64,000 bases of DNA from an uncultured Ignavibacteriales bacterium (GTDB lineage: Bacteria; Zixibacteria; MSB-5A5; GN15; FEB-12): contig CAYXJN010000002.1 of assembly GCA_964464605.1 (NCBI GenBank), positions 186,001 through 250,000 on the forward strand, given 5' to 3'. The notes beneath the pieces were generated by a model. It searched no databases, had not been told where the DNA came from, and worked only from the letters and a program-made list of their open reading frames with translations. Both the position numbers and the translations under genes were made by a program. Numbering within the stretch: the first letter of the stretch is position 1; every line of letters begins with the position of its first letter. Positions 34,152-44,409 of the stretch are shown here, one piece after another.

Positions 34152-35981
34152 TCAACTGACGGCCAGTTTTTGCTGTATCGCGGCAGCCAATGATTTCGTG
34201 ATTCCCTTAACGGCGGTAAGCTGTTCGATATCGGCCTGACGGATTCTTTCGATCGAGCCGAATGTTTTGAGCAGTATCTCCCGTTTGGCCGGACCGACAC
34301 CGGGGATTTTATCCAGTTCGGAGGTAATCGTTCGCTTGCTGCGTACCTTTCGGTTAAAAGTAATCGCAAAGCGGTGGGCTTCATCCCGAATTCGCTTTAA
34401 AAGAATCAAACCGGGTGATGACTTGGAAATGGTCAATGAGTCCTGTTGGTTCGGTACAAACACTTCTTCGAGCCGCTTCGCTAAACCGATTATCGGCTGA
34501 TTGTCGAAACCCAACGACTTTAGTTCAGTCAATGCAACTGAAAGCTGCCCCTTGCCGCCGTCGACGACAACCAAGTCCGGAAACGCCAGCTTTTCCTCTT
34601 TCAGACGATGAAAATACCGCCCGATAATTTCCCGCATCATTTTAAAATCATCCTGCCCTTTGACTCCCTTGATGCGGAAATGACGGTACCCCGATTTTTT
34701 CGGCATGCCGTTTTCGAACATCACGCATGATCCGACGGCATCGGTTTCGCCGGTGTTGGAAATATCGAAACAGACAATGCGCATTGGTGATTGCGACAGA
34801 TTCAAATCATCTTTTAGCGCCACGACCATTTTGCTGGTGCGCTCACTTTGCGTTCGTTTTTGAATGAGCAGTTCATCTAAGAGCAGCCGGGCATTGGCAG
34901 CGGCGAGATCGACTAATTTCACTTTTCGTCCCGCTTTCGGCGTTATCAAGTGCACTTTTCGCTTTCTAACACCACTCAACCATTTCTCGATCAACGATTG
35001 ATTGACCAGCTCACCGGGAACGAAGATTTCATCCGGCAGGTTCGGCTGGTTGTTGTAGTATTGCTCGATAAGCGTTTCTAACACCGTTTCGTCGACATCA
35101 TCAGTTTGTGCAGCTAACTGAAAATCCTGACGACCGAGCAAAACGCCTTCGCGAATCTGCATGACGACGGCTAACCCCAAATCCTTTTCACGGGCTAAGG
35201 CAATGATATCGGTATCGATTCGCTCCCCGATATCGACATTCTGCTTAATCATCATCGATTCAAGTCCCTGAATCCGATCCCGCATAATCGCCGCGGTTTC
35301 GTAGTCGGTGTTTTCCGCCGCGGTTTGCATTTCCTGCTTGAGCTCATCGATCAGCGTTTTTGATTTTCCGGAAAGCGCCATGATGACATTGTTGGAAAGC
35401 GCACGATATTCTTCCTGTGTCTGTAACCCTTCGCAGGGCCCGCCGCATCGCTTGATATGATATTGTAAACAAACTTTGTATGGTTTTCCCTGCGGATGCG
35501 GTATCACCAGACTGCAGGTGCGGATATTGAACAAACGGCGCAGGTACTCGACTGTTTTTCGCATCGGTTTGGCTGAGGTGTACGGCCCGAAATAACTCGC
35601 TCCGTCATTTTCGACTCGGCGGACAATTAGAATACGCGGGAACGGTTCGTTGGTGGTAACTTTGATATACGGAAAGTGTTTGTCATCTTTTAAGCGGACG
35701 TTGTAGCGCGGGGAATGCTCATGCACTAAATTCGCTTCTAAAATCAATGCTTCGATATCCGAGGCCGTCACAAACAGATCGAAATCGGCCACTTGCAGCA
35801 TCAGCCGTCCGGTTTTCCCATCGAGATTGCGCGGGGACTGGAAATAGGTGCGGACACGGTTGCGGAGGTTTTTCGCCTTCCCAATGTATAGTATTACCCC
35901 CTTGTTGTTTTTGAACTGGTACACCCCCGGTGAATCGGGCAATGTCTTGAGTTTTAGGGTAAGGTCGATTTCGGCACTCAT
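34152..35981 (-). CDS. uvrC: Excinuclease ABC subunit C
   Basis: GIY-YIG PGVY...YIGKA, FDISN, DGGKGQ, RDEAHRFA, HhH. Confidence 0.98.
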   Translation of the reverse strand: MSAEIDLTLKLKTLPDSPGVYQFKNNKGVILYIGKAKNLRNRVRTYFQSPRNLDGKTGRLMLQVADFDLFVTASDIEALILEANLVHEHSPRYNVRLKDDKHFPYIKVTTNEPFPRILIVRRVENDGASYFGPYTSAKPMRKTVEYLRRLFNIRTCSLVIPHPQGKPYKVCLQYHIKRCGGPCEGLQTQEEYRALSNNVIMALSGKSKTLIDELKQEMQTAAENTDYETAAIMRDRIQGLESMMIKQNVDIGERIDTDIIALAREKDLGLAVVMQIREGVLLGRQDFQLAAQTDDVDETVLETLIEQYYNNQPNLPDEIFVPGELVNQSLIEKWLSGVRKRKVHLITPKAGRKVKLVDLAAANARLLLDELLIQKRTQSERTSKMVVALKDDLNLSQSPMRIVCFDISNTGETDAVGSCVMFENGMPKKSGYRHFRIKGVKGQDDFKMMREIIGRYFHRLKEEKLAFPDLVVVDGGKGQLSVALTELKSLGFDNQPIIGLAKRLEEVFVPNQQDSLTISKSSPGLILLKRIRDEAHRFAITFNRKVRSKRTITSELDKIPGVGPAKREILLKTFGSIERIRQADIEQLTAVKGITKSLAAAIQQKLAVS

Positions 35982-36019
35982 AGTTCTTTCAACACATCGA
36001 ACGCGCGCCGGTTCACGGT

Positions 36020-36517
36020 TTAGGGGAGAATCCGCACGGCGCCGACATACCGCCTTGTCCAGTAGTCATCGTTGATCCGGGTAATAATAACCCCGTTCGA
36101 TTCCGAGGCATGAATAAACCGTCCGCCGCCGACATAAATACCGACATGCGACACGCCACCTGTTGATGAGGTCTGGAAAAAGACCAGATCGCCGTATTGT
36201 ATCCGGTTGCGAGGGAGTTTGACGCCAATCCCGAACTGCTCCTGCGACGTGCGCGGAAGCTGCCGTTTATCATATTTCTCGAACACTTCCCGGACAAACT
36301 CGGAGCAATCCACTCCGCTGATATACTTCGACCGGCCTTTGTACGGTTTCCCCAAATACCCCTGTAAAATCATTCCCAAATCCAACGAGCGGTTGGTGGT
36401 GATACGGGTAGTCAACGGCGCAGCTTTGGCCGCCTCCGGTCCGCCGGTGCGATAGCGGGGATACGGCGAACAAGCCGTAAGCAGGAGCAGTAATGCGAGT
36501 ACAAAAAAAAGTTTCAT
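36020..36517 (-). CDS. NlpC/P60 peptidoglycan peptidase lipoprotein
   Basis: LLTAC lipobox; DCS, LPRTS, GDLVFF, HVGIY, IHAS (Cys-His-His intact); ATGA overlap with the upstream gene. Confidence 0.92.
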   Translation of the reverse strand: MKLFFVLALLLLLTACSPYPRYRTGGPEAAKAAPLTTRITTNRSLDLGMILQGYLGKPYKGRSKYISGVDCSEFVREVFEKYDKRQLPRTSQEQFGIGVKLPRNRIQYGDLVFFQTSSTGGVSHVGIYVGGGRFIHASESNGVIITRINDDYWTRRYVGAVRILP

Positions 36518-37425
36518 GCGATCTGCGGGTATGTCATTCCAAATCGTTTTCGGTAGTATATCCGGGTAGCGCAAATCAGGGCAATAATAAACAGTGCATA
36601 AAACGGGTAGTACCAGGCGGCAAGAACGGTCAAAAGCAAGATCGGCAGTTTAGCCGATAACAGTTCCAGCTTCGCTGATTTCACCACCAAATTGACCACT
36701 ATCGATACTACCGAAACAGCAGCAATCGCAACCAATATCATATGTCCTGTGTACCAGGCAACCCAGACAGCAAGCAGCATCAATGCGAAGGCTGTTACAA
36801 GTGACGGTACTCTCCCCCATGTGACCGCCATTGTCCGTTTGCCGGTTCGGGAATCGCCGGCTAAATCCGGCAATGTCGTTATCACATGAACAGAAGCTAC
36901 AGACAGAAAAAAGTAGTACGGGTTATCCCATCCAATAAGACCGATGGTGTGGGCATTGATATGCGGCTGTACGGAAACGGAAATGAGAAAGCCGAAGGCA
37001 TACGCATTCGCCAGCATGCCGCTAATCGGCCGGTCCTTGAGTCGTAACGGGGGCGCTGAATAGATATAGGTCAGCGCTGCCCCCTGTAAGCAAATAAGAA
37101 AAAGCGTTCCGGAATACCAATAAGACAACGCCAAGCCGAGAACAGTCGCAACAGCCGCACACCAGAGCAGCATTTTAACGGTCAGATAACCGCGCTGGAT
37201 AAACCCGATTTTGTTGTTTAACGCATCCGATTCACGGTCGTACACCTGATTCAACCAGAATGCCCCTGCCGCCATCAGGCTGAGAATCGCAAGCGCGGCG
37301 ATATTCCCCCATCCGAACGTTTCATAGCTGAGTTGATTGCGATACCGGAGTGCGACTAAGTAGACCGACCAGATCGGCAGATGCAAAAGCGGCCGGGCAG
37401 AAAAAAACAGATCAAAAAATTTCAT
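36514..37425 (-). CDS. UbiA-superfamily prenyltransferase
   Basis: Multi-TM; NQVYDRESD, YSAPPLRLK, PDLAGDSRTGKRT motifs. Confidence 0.88.
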   Translation of the reverse strand: MKFFDLFFSARPLLHLPIWSVYLVALRYRNQLSYETFGWGNIAALAILSLMAAGAFWLNQVYDRESDALNNKIGFIQRGYLTVKMLLWCAAVATVLGLALSYWYSGTLFLICLQGAALTYIYSAPPLRLKDRPISGMLANAYAFGFLISVSVQPHINAHTIGLIGWDNPYYFFLSVASVHVITTLPDLAGDSRTGKRTMAVTWGRVPSLVTAFALMLLAVWVAWYTGHMILVAIAAVSVVSIVVNLVVKSAKLELLSAKLPILLLTVLAAWYYPFYALFIIALICATRIYYRKRFGMTYPQIA

Positions 37426-38267
37426 CCGGAAACCAGAAGAAAATACAGATACGCAAACGGAGCGGCAAAGAGCAGGGAGTCGAACCGGTCGAGTATGCCG
37501 CCGTGACCGGGTATAATGTGCGAGGAGTCTTTCAAATTAACCGAGCGTTTCCACATCGACTCGACCATATCACCAAGCTGTCCGAAAATCGAGACACCAC
37601 AGGCGATACCGATAAGATGCAGAAACGAAATAGCCGGGAAAATATCAAGCGAATAAAATACCAACGCGGTCAAAAGTGCAGATACAAACCCGCCGACAAA
37701 CCCTTCCACGGTTTTGTTCGGCGATACAGTCGGAGCCAGTTTATGCTTTCCTAATTTCGAGCCGACCCACATCGCGGCGGTATCCCCTATCCAGAGAATG
37801 GCAAACAGGAAAAGCATTGCCTTGCCGCCGTCGTAGTCTTCCCGATTTTCGCCTAAGCGATACACGAGCCCATACAACACGCCGACATACGCCATCCCCC
37901 ACAATACCCGAACATAGCGATTGAATAAATGAGCAGGTTCCTGACGCATTAGCGTTGCCAGCATTCCGGACAGCATGAAAAAGCAGAACAAAGCGAAACC
38001 ACCGACAACGAATGAACTGGAAGCATCCTCGAACTTCGGCCAAAAACCGGAGATAGCGACGAACGCAAACATCGTTGTAATCCATGACGACCAGAAAAAC
38101 GGCGTGGTTGGGCGTACTCCTTCCCCGATGAGATATTCGCCAATGCCTAGGGCAACAAAAAACGACAGCAGGATAAACAGCCAAACACCACCCTGAAGCG
38201 ATGCATACAGAATAATCGGGATAGAAATTACCGCAACGATAATACGTTTGATCAGATTCGAACTCAT
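37422..38267 (-). CDS. cdsA: Phosphatidate cytidylyltransferase
   Basis: SPNKTVEG, GDMVES..KR..KDS...PGHGGILDRFD. Confidence 0.96.
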   Translation of the reverse strand: MSSNLIKRIIVAVISIPIILYASLQGGVWLFILLSFFVALGIGEYLIGEGVRPTTPFFWSSWITTMFAFVAISGFWPKFEDASSSFVVGGFALFCFFMLSGMLATLMRQEPAHLFNRYVRVLWGMAYVGVLYGLVYRLGENREDYDGGKAMLFLFAILWIGDTAAMWVGSKLGKHKLAPTVSPNKTVEGFVGGFVSALLTALVFYSLDIFPAISFLHLIGIACGVSIFGQLGDMVESMWKRSVNLKDSSHIIPGHGGILDRFDSLLFAAPFAYLYFLLVSG

Positions 38268-39031
38268 ACCTGTTTCTTCTCTTCCACTTTACCAAAGCGA
38301 CGTTCCCGATTTTGGTAATTGAGTATGGCTTCAAACAGTTCTTTACGTCCGAAATCCGGCCACAGCGTATCGATAATATGCAGTTCGGTATAACTGGTCT
38401 GCCATAACAGGAAATTGGAAATACGCATTTCACCGGAAGTCCGTATCAGCAAATCCGGATCAGGCAAATCGGCAGTATAAAGGAAATTGGAGAACAGTTC
38501 TTCGTCTATTTCCGGCAGATCGATAATCCCGGCACGAACCGACCCGGCGATACTTTTGACCGCATCCAGAATTTCTGTCCTCCCGCCATAATTCAAAGCA
38601 AGATTCAGAATCAGCCCACGGTTATTTTTGGTGCGTTCTACTGCCTCTTTCAGGATTCGTTGACGGGTCAACGGCAGCCCATCGATTCGCCCGGTCGTTA
38701 TCAATTTCACATTGTTGTTCATCAGATCTTTGAGTTCGGAGCGGGTAGTCCTGAACAACAGACTCATTAACGCGGCAACTTCGGTTTTCGGGCGCTTCCA
38801 GTTTTCGGATGAAAACGTATATAACGTCAGATATTTGATACCGATTTCAGAAGCCGCCTTTACCGTTTCCCGAACCGCTGAAACCCCGGCTTCATGGCCA
38901 TGCGTGCGCGGTTTATCCCGCTGCGCGGCCCAGCGGCCGTTGCCGTCCATGATTATCGCGACATGTTTCGGTATCCGATCGGCGCGCTCCAAGATTGTCG
39001 CTTTCAGTTGCTCCGGTTTTAACTGCGGCAT
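38264..39031 (-). CDS. uppS: Undecaprenyl diphosphate synthase (cis-prenyltransferase)
   Basis: HVAIIMDGNGRWA, FSSENWKRP, RTSGEMRISNFLLWQ; start at MPQL. Confidence 0.97.
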   Translation of the reverse strand: MPQLKPEQLKATILERADRIPKHVAIIMDGNGRWAAQRDKPRTHGHEAGVSAVRETVKAASEIGIKYLTLYTFSSENWKRPKTEVAALMSLLFRTTRSELKDLMNNNVKLITTGRIDGLPLTRQRILKEAVERTKNNRGLILNLALNYGGRTEILDAVKSIAGSVRAGIIDLPEIDEELFSNFLYTADLPDPDLLIRTSGEMRISNFLLWQTSYTELHIIDTLWPDFGRKELFEAILNYQNRERRFGKVEEKKQV

Positions 39032-39094
39032 AGCTGCAAAAGTACCCTCACAACGGTTAGCCCGCAAGCATTTGAAATGGCGTGGAAATCAAGA

Positions 39095-39748
39095 TTACTG
39101 CGATACCGACAATTCAAGCCGCTCGACTTCAATTCGGTAGGTCTCAGTGGATAATAGCCCGTCCCGCACGCCGATTTCGACTATCCGGTTCGGGAAAATC
39201 GGACCTTCGGCATCGGTGAAATGCAGCGTCCGGCTATACCTGCGATAGTCCTCTTTGATCGGGTAATACAAAAACAGATCGATCGGCCGCATCGTTGTCC
39301 GGTTGATAATCGCAACGCCGACTGGCAGAGAGTCATCAGCTGTCGGTGAGTCTACCCCAATCGATATCTGCGAGCCGCCGGTATCATTTGGATAGAAATT
39401 GAACAGATAGCGCTCGGAAAAGAGATTCGGGCAGTCAAATGAAAAGCGGAGGGATTTATTACCCGATGATACTACCGTACGGACTGAATCAAGTTTTGAT
39501 CCGGTAAAAAAGTAGTGGGCAATGGTACTGTCGACAAAACTCATTTTTTTGTCTTCGTACCGGTAATAGCGGCTGACCGCTTTGCAGGAAAACGCTTTGG
39601 TTTGCCAGAGCAGACAGTGCTCCTGCATAACCTGCTCCGCTCCCGACCGGTAGTATTCCAATGCCGGATTAACACTGCTTTGGCCATAGACAACAGAGGT
39701 AACCGACAATGCGAACAGACAAATACTTCTTGACACCCAATAGGTCAT
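39095..39748 (-). CDS. Hypothetical exported protein
   Basis: N-terminal hydrophobic signal; beta-rich sequence; no recognised family. Confidence 0.65.
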   Translation of the reverse strand: MTYWVSRSICLFALSVTSVVYGQSSVNPALEYYRSGAEQVMQEHCLLWQTKAFSCKAVSRYYRYEDKKMSFVDSTIAHYFFTGSKLDSVRTVVSSGNKSLRFSFDCPNLFSERYLFNFYPNDTGGSQISIGVDSPTADDSLPVGVAIINRTTMRPIDLFLYYPIKEDYRRYSRTLHFTDAEGPIFPNRIVEIGVRDGLLSTETYRIEVERLELSVSQ

Positions 39749-39845
39749 GTTTATTTATACATATAGGTAGTGTCGCCGTTTACGGCAACCAAAAAGAACG
39801 GAAACGGCGAGTCCTCACAAACCCGTAACCAGTGCGAGGTGGGTC

Positions 39846-40286
39846 ATGCTGGTCAAAGAACTCCTGAACAACAAAACCCGGGCGTTGATTATTGCCAAAC
39901 CGAGAACGCCGATTCTTGAGGCTATGCGGCTGATGATTCAAAATCGAATCAGCTGCCTCCCCGTTGTCGACAATAGCGGTGAACTGGCCGGCATTATCAG
40001 CGACAAGGATATCTTCGCCGCTGTGTATGAAAGCCAGGAAGGGTTTGCGGAAAATACAGTTGCAGAACTGATGACCGATGAACTGATAGTCAGTGTTCCG
40101 GAGGATGACCTTAACTACATCGCCAATATCATGACCACAAACCGAATTCGTCACGTGCCGGTAGTTGATCAATCCAGACTGGTCGGATTAGTTTCGATCG
40201 GTGATGTGGTAAAAGAGCAGATGACTCAAGTACAGTTTGAGAATCGGTATCTGATGCAATATATCACCGGCGAATACCCGGGGTGA
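39846..40286 (+). CDS. Tandem CBS-domain protein
   Basis: ISCLPVVD...GIISDKD and IRHVPVVD...GLVSIGDVVK; ends YITG. Confidence 0.92.
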   Translation: MLVKELLNNKTRALIIAKPRTPILEAMRLMIQNRISCLPVVDNSGELAGIISDKDIFAAVYESQEGFAENTVAELMTDELIVSVPEDDLNYIANIMTTNRIRHVPVVDQSRLVGLVSIGDVVKEQMTQVQFENRYLMQYITGEYPG

Positions 40287-40305
40287 TTAGCAGATTGACT
40301 GCTAA

Positions 40306-40863
40306 TCAGACTTCCATTAGTTCTTTCTCTTTTTTCGCCAAGTCTTTGTCGATAATAGCGATATGCTCATCGGTCAACTTCTGTACCCGATCATGAGCAT
40401 CCTTTTCCTGATCTTCTGAAATCTCTTTATCCTTCAGAAGCTTTTTGACTTTTTCGTTCGCTTCCCGGCGGATATTGCGCACCGAAACACGGCCGCGTTC
40501 GGCGATATCATGACAATGGCGACCGAGCTCCTTGCGGCGTTCTTCGTTCAAGGCCGGAATGACAATGCGAATCAACTGGCCGTCGGCTGTCGGGTTCAAA
40601 CCTAAATCAGCTTTCTGTATCCCTTTGACGATTTCACCGACAGTCGATTTATCGAACGCCTGCACCGTCAGCAATCGGGGTTCGGGAGCGTTGACCGTTG
40701 CAACCTGATTCAACGGCATAGTCGTGCCGTATGCTTCCACGCGGACATTATCCAACAAATGGGGGGAAGCTTTTCCGGCGCGGACAGTTGCGAATTCTTT
40801 AACGACCGCATCGACGCTTTTATGCATTCTATCTTTTAATTCGGCGAACAATGAATCAAGCAT
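40306..40863 (-). CDS. frr: Ribosome recycling factor
   Basis: RAGKA, LGLNP, EERRKEL, VRNIRR. Confidence 0.97.
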   Translation of the reverse strand: MLDSLFAELKDRMHKSVDAVVKEFATVRAGKASPHLLDNVRVEAYGTTMPLNQVATVNAPEPRLLTVQAFDKSTVGEIVKGIQKADLGLNPTADGQLIRIVIPALNEERRKELGRHCHDIAERGRVSVRNIRREANEKVKKLLKDKEISEDQEKDAHDRVQKLTDEHIAIIDKDLAKKEKELMEV

Positions 40864-40886
40864 GGTAAACTCCTTCCCACCTTAGT

Positions 40887-41615
40887 CTATGAAATCAACG
40901 TTCCAATTTCCTCACCAAGGGCAACCCGTTTTAAAATGCCGGGTACATGCAGATCAACAACACGGAGAGGAATGTTATTGTCTTTAAGCAAAGATGCCGC
41001 AGTAGAATCGATCACCCGCAGTTCTTTAGTCAAAATATCCATATAACTGAGCCGGTTAAAAAAGACTGCGTTCGGATCCTTTTTCGGATCGGCAGAGTAA
41101 ACACCGTCTACATTAGTCGCTTTAATCAGTACTTCAGCGCCGATCTCCATGGCGCGCAATGACGCCGCGGTATCGGTACTGAAATACGGATTTCCCGTTC
41201 CGCTGGCGAGAATAACCAAACGACGCTTTTCCATATGACGGACGGCGCGACGACGGATATACGGCTCAGCGAATGCCTCGATTTTCACCGCCGACATAAC
41301 ACGGGTGTATATCCCCATCTTTTCAAGCGTGTCCATCATGGCGAGGGAATTGATAACGGTCGCGAGCATTCCCATATTGTCGGCCGTCACACGATCGAAG
41401 CCGCGCTGACTGCCGGCAACACCGCGCCAGATATTACCGCCGCCGACAACGACAGCGGTTTCAACGCCTAAATCCCAGACATCTTTGATTTGTTTGCAGA
41501 TATCTTCGAGAGTGGGAAAATCGATACCATATTTCTGGCCACCCATTAAGGCTTCGCCGGAAATCTTCAGCAAAATCCGCTTATACGCCGGTCTTGAAGA
41601 ACTATCGGACTCCAT
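40887..41615 (-). CDS. pyrH: UMP kinase
   Basis: [35 protein letters not shown]. Confidence 0.97.
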   Translation of the reverse strand: MESDSSSRPAYKRILLKISGEALMGGQKYGIDFPTLEDICKQIKDVWDLGVETAVVVGGGNIWRGVAGSQRGFDRVTADNMGMLATVINSLAMMDTLEKMGIYTRVMSAVKIEAFAEPYIRRRAVRHMEKRRLVILASGTGNPYFSTDTAASLRAMEIGAEVLIKATNVDGVYSADPKKDPNAVFFNRLSYMDILTKELRVIDSTAASLLKDNNIPLRVVDLHVPGILKRVALGEEIGTLIS

Positions 41616-42499
41616 TACTCACCGAGCCGGAAGCGAACGAACCGACGCACCTGGAAGCTGCCTCCCAATTTGCCGGCTGATTCTTTGATAAACTCACCAA
41701 CCGTTTTGTCATTGTCTTTAACGAACAATTGTTCGGTGAGCACGACTTCTGAATAATATTTTTCGATACGACCATCGGCGATTTTATCGACAATAGCCGC
41801 CGGTTTGCCGTCTGCAATTGCCTGATTTTTGAAAATCTCCCGTTCAGCCGCAAGTTTGGCCGGGTCAACTTCTTCCCGCTTTACCGCCAGCGGTGAAGCT
41901 GCGGCAACATGCATGGCAATATCCCGTGCGATACCTTTAAAGGTATCGTTCGATGCCATACCGTTCGCACCTTCAAATTCGACCAACACAGCAAGCTTGT
42001 CGCCAGTGTGGGTGTACGTGGAAAGCGCAGCTGCTTTCGCACCACCTTCAGGAACACCGATGAACCGCTTCACCTGAATATTTTCTCCAAGCGTTGCAAC
42101 CATCGATTTGACATAATCACCGACTGTCTGCGAAGCATTATCGATAAACGGCTGGGTGAGCAGTTCATCGACATTTTTCGGACGTTTGGTGGCAATATGC
42201 CGGGCGATATTTCCGGCGAATCCGCGGAAATTGTCGGTGCGGGCCACGAAATCAGTCTCGCAGTTGATTTCGACCATCACACCGTGCGCGGCGTTTTCAT
42301 CAATATAGGTGGCAATAATACCTTCGGCGGTGGCACGTCCTTCTTTGGAACCGGCTTTTGCAATTCCTTTTTCACGCAGAACGACAACCGCTTTTTCAAA
42401 ATCCCCGCCTGCTTCGGCCAGGGCTTTTTTACAATCCATCATACCCGCACCGGTGCGGGCACGCAGTTCGGCAACTGCTTTTGCTGATATTTCCGTCAT
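41615..42499 (-). CDS. tsf: Elongation factor Ts
   Basis: [24 protein letters not shown]. Confidence 0.98.
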   Translation of the reverse strand: MTEISAKAVAELRARTGAGMMDCKKALAEAGGDFEKAVVVLREKGIAKAGSKEGRATAEGIIATYIDENAAHGVMVEINCETDFVARTDNFRGFAGNIARHIATKRPKNVDELLTQPFIDNASQTVGDYVKSMVATLGENIQVKRFIGVPEGGAKAAALSTYTHTGDKLAVLVEFEGANGMASNDTFKGIARDIAMHVAAASPLAVKREEVDPAKLAAEREIFKNQAIADGKPAAIVDKIADGRIEKYYSEVVLTEQLFVKDNDKTVGEFIKESAGKLGGSFQVRRFVRFRLGE

Positions 42500-42518
42500 T
42501 TCTCTTTACTCTCTTCCG

Positions 42519-43298
42519 TTACTTCTTCTCGCGGTCAGCTTCTTCGGCCGACACATATGTCGACACGCGAGCCGTACGACCCGCTTCCACCGCCGCTTCC
42601 ATCATTTCCTGGGTGACATGCTGACGCGCTTCGACCGCGGCATCGACTAACTCACGCAGGAGAATACGAATCGACTTGATTGCGTCATCATTCGCCGCAA
42701 TCGGGAAATCGATCGGATCCGGATCGGCATTGGTATCGATAATTCCAATGATTGGAATACCGAGTTTGGCCGCTTCGGAGACGCCGATTTTTTCTTTCTT
42801 CGCGTCAACGACGATAACCAAACCGGGGAGCATATTCATTTCTTTGATACCGCCCAGAACTTTGGTCATCCGTTCCGCTTCCAAATCCATTCCGGAACGT
42901 TCCTTTTTGGTGAACTTGTTAAATGTCCCGTCTTCTTTCATCCGCTCGATATCTTTGAGCTTCTTGATCGAATTTTTAATGGTATTGAAATTGGTCAACA
43001 TGCCGCCGAGCCAGCGTTCGGTGACATAGAATCCGTTACAGCGCGGCGCTTCTTCATGAATAACGACACGCGCCTGCTTTTTGGTTCCGACAAACAGAAT
43101 CGGACGGCCGCGGCCGACAACTTCGCGAACTTTGAGCTTCGCTTTTTCGAGCGCGTTCAATGTCTTCTGAAGATCGATAATGTATATGCCGTTGCGAGCT
43201 GCAAAAATGAACGGCTTCATTTTCGGGTTCCAACGACGAGTCTGGTGACCAAAATGGACACCCGCTTCAAGGAACTCCCGTATTCTGGGTTCGAGCAT
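42519..43298 (-). CDS. rpsB: 30S ribosomal protein S2
   Basis: AGVHFGH, RWLGGMLTN, DTNADP, NDDA. Confidence 0.98.
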   Translation of the reverse strand: MLEPRIREFLEAGVHFGHQTRRWNPKMKPFIFAARNGIYIIDLQKTLNALEKAKLKVREVVGRGRPILFVGTKKQARVVIHEEAPRCNGFYVTERWLGGMLTNFNTIKNSIKKLKDIERMKEDGTFNKFTKKERSGMDLEAERMTKVLGGIKEMNMLPGLVIVVDAKKEKIGVSEAAKLGIPIIGIIDTNADPDPIDFPIAANDDAIKSIRILLRELVDAAVEARQHVTQEMMEAAVEAGRTARVSTYVSAEEADREKK

Positions 43299-43390
43299 GA
43301 GTGGAAAACCTCCGGTTATGTTCTTCGCCCGGCGTCACCCCGAAGCGCTCCCGGAATCGGGACCGTCGCTTCAGTCAGCACAGGCTGTTT
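43299..43390 (-). promoter_or_regulatory. Probable S2 ribosomal leader (t44-like) upstream of rpsB
   Basis: Stem GAAGCG...CGCTTC followed by GGGTG and a downstream TAACCGGAGG, resembling S2 autoregulatory leaders. Confidence 0.5.
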
Positions 43391-43427
43391 ATTTCTCATT
43401 CCGCCGTTAAGCGGAATGAGATAGTAA

Positions 43428-43823
43428 TTATCGCTTCGAGTACTGGAAACGTTTCCGGGCTTTCGGACGTCCATACTTCTTACGCTCAACGGCGCGCGGG
43501 TCACGGGTTAAAAACCCGTTATCGCGAAGGACATCCTTAAAATCCGGATTCAGTTTCACAAGTGCGCGGCTGATTGCCAAACGGAGGGCACCGGCCTGAC
43601 CGGATTTACCACCGCCATTCGACATGGCATCGATATCGAAACGGCCAGCCGTTTCGGTAACGTGCAACGGCGATTTTACGGTAATGACCAGCGTTTCACG
43701 GTTCAGATATGAACTCACATCTTTCCCGTTGATAACGATTGCTCCCTTACCGGGCATCAGGCGAACGCTGGCAACCGCTTCTTTGCGGCGACCGGTTGCA
43801 CCATATGTTGTCTGTTGAACCAT
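43428..43823 (-). CDS. rpsI: 30S ribosomal protein S9
   Basis: GRRKEA, GGGKSGQAGA, ERKKYG...QYSKR. Confidence 0.98.
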   Translation of the reverse strand: MVQQTTYGATGRRKEAVASVRLMPGKGAIVINGKDVSSYLNRETLVITVKSPLHVTETAGRFDIDAMSNGGGKSGQAGALRLAISRALVKLNPDFKDVLRDNGFLTRDPRAVERKKYGRPKARKRFQYSKR

Positions 43824-43833
43824 TCGTCTCTAC

Positions 43834-44271
43834 TTATTTGAACAACTGAATTTTTTCGGGCTTTTGCGCAACGTGCGGATGTTCCGGACCTGCGTAAATA
43901 TGCAGCTTTTTGATCATCTTGCGACCGAGCCGTGTTTTCGGCAACATACGCTGCACGGCGACTTCGAGCGCTTTTTCCGGCTTCTTCTGCATCCACTGTT
44001 CGAAACTGGTTTGACGCAGACCGCCCGGATATCCGGTGTAGCTGTAGAATACCATATCACGCGGCTTGTTTTTACCGGTGACGCGCAGTTTGGATGCATT
44101 CACGGCAATGACATGATCACCGGCATCAAGATGCGGCGTAAAAATCGGTTTGGTTTTGCCGCGCAAAATAGATGCGACTCTGGTTGCGACACGACCGACA
44201 GTCGCGCCGTCCAGATCAACCAACACCCAACGCTTCGCATTCGGCTCAATTTTGGGAATAAACGTCTTCAT
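43834..44271 (-). CDS. rplM: 50S ribosomal protein L13
   Basis: LRGKTKP.FTPH.D.GD, GYPGG, MLPK. Confidence 0.98.
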   Translation of the reverse strand: MKTFIPKIEPNAKRWVLVDLDGATVGRVATRVASILRGKTKPIFTPHLDAGDHVIAVNASKLRVTGKNKPRDMVFYSYTGYPGGLRQTSFEQWMQKKPEKALEVAVQRMLPKTRLGRKMIKKLHIYAGPEHPHVAQKPEKIQLFK

Positions 44272-44314
44272 TTCTTTCCTTCAATTCAAAACACGCCATT
44301 ACCGGCGAGCCCTA

Positions 44315-44344
44315 AGTATATGAAAGGCTTGCGGCTATTGTCAA
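44315..44344 (-). promoter_or_regulatory. sigma70-type promoter of rplM-rpsI
   Basis: TTGACA-N18-TATACT. Confidence 0.65.
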
Positions 44345-44409
44345 CGCATAAAATAAAAATCCCGGCCAAAGCGACACTCCGGCCGGGAAGTATATTGATT
44401 TTCAATTAG

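Noticed and set aside
34112..34384. N-terminal extension of xseA overlapping uvrC in the ORF track
   Set aside because: Homology starts at MIDTPQAYTV; the extension is just an open frame over the uvrC 3' end.
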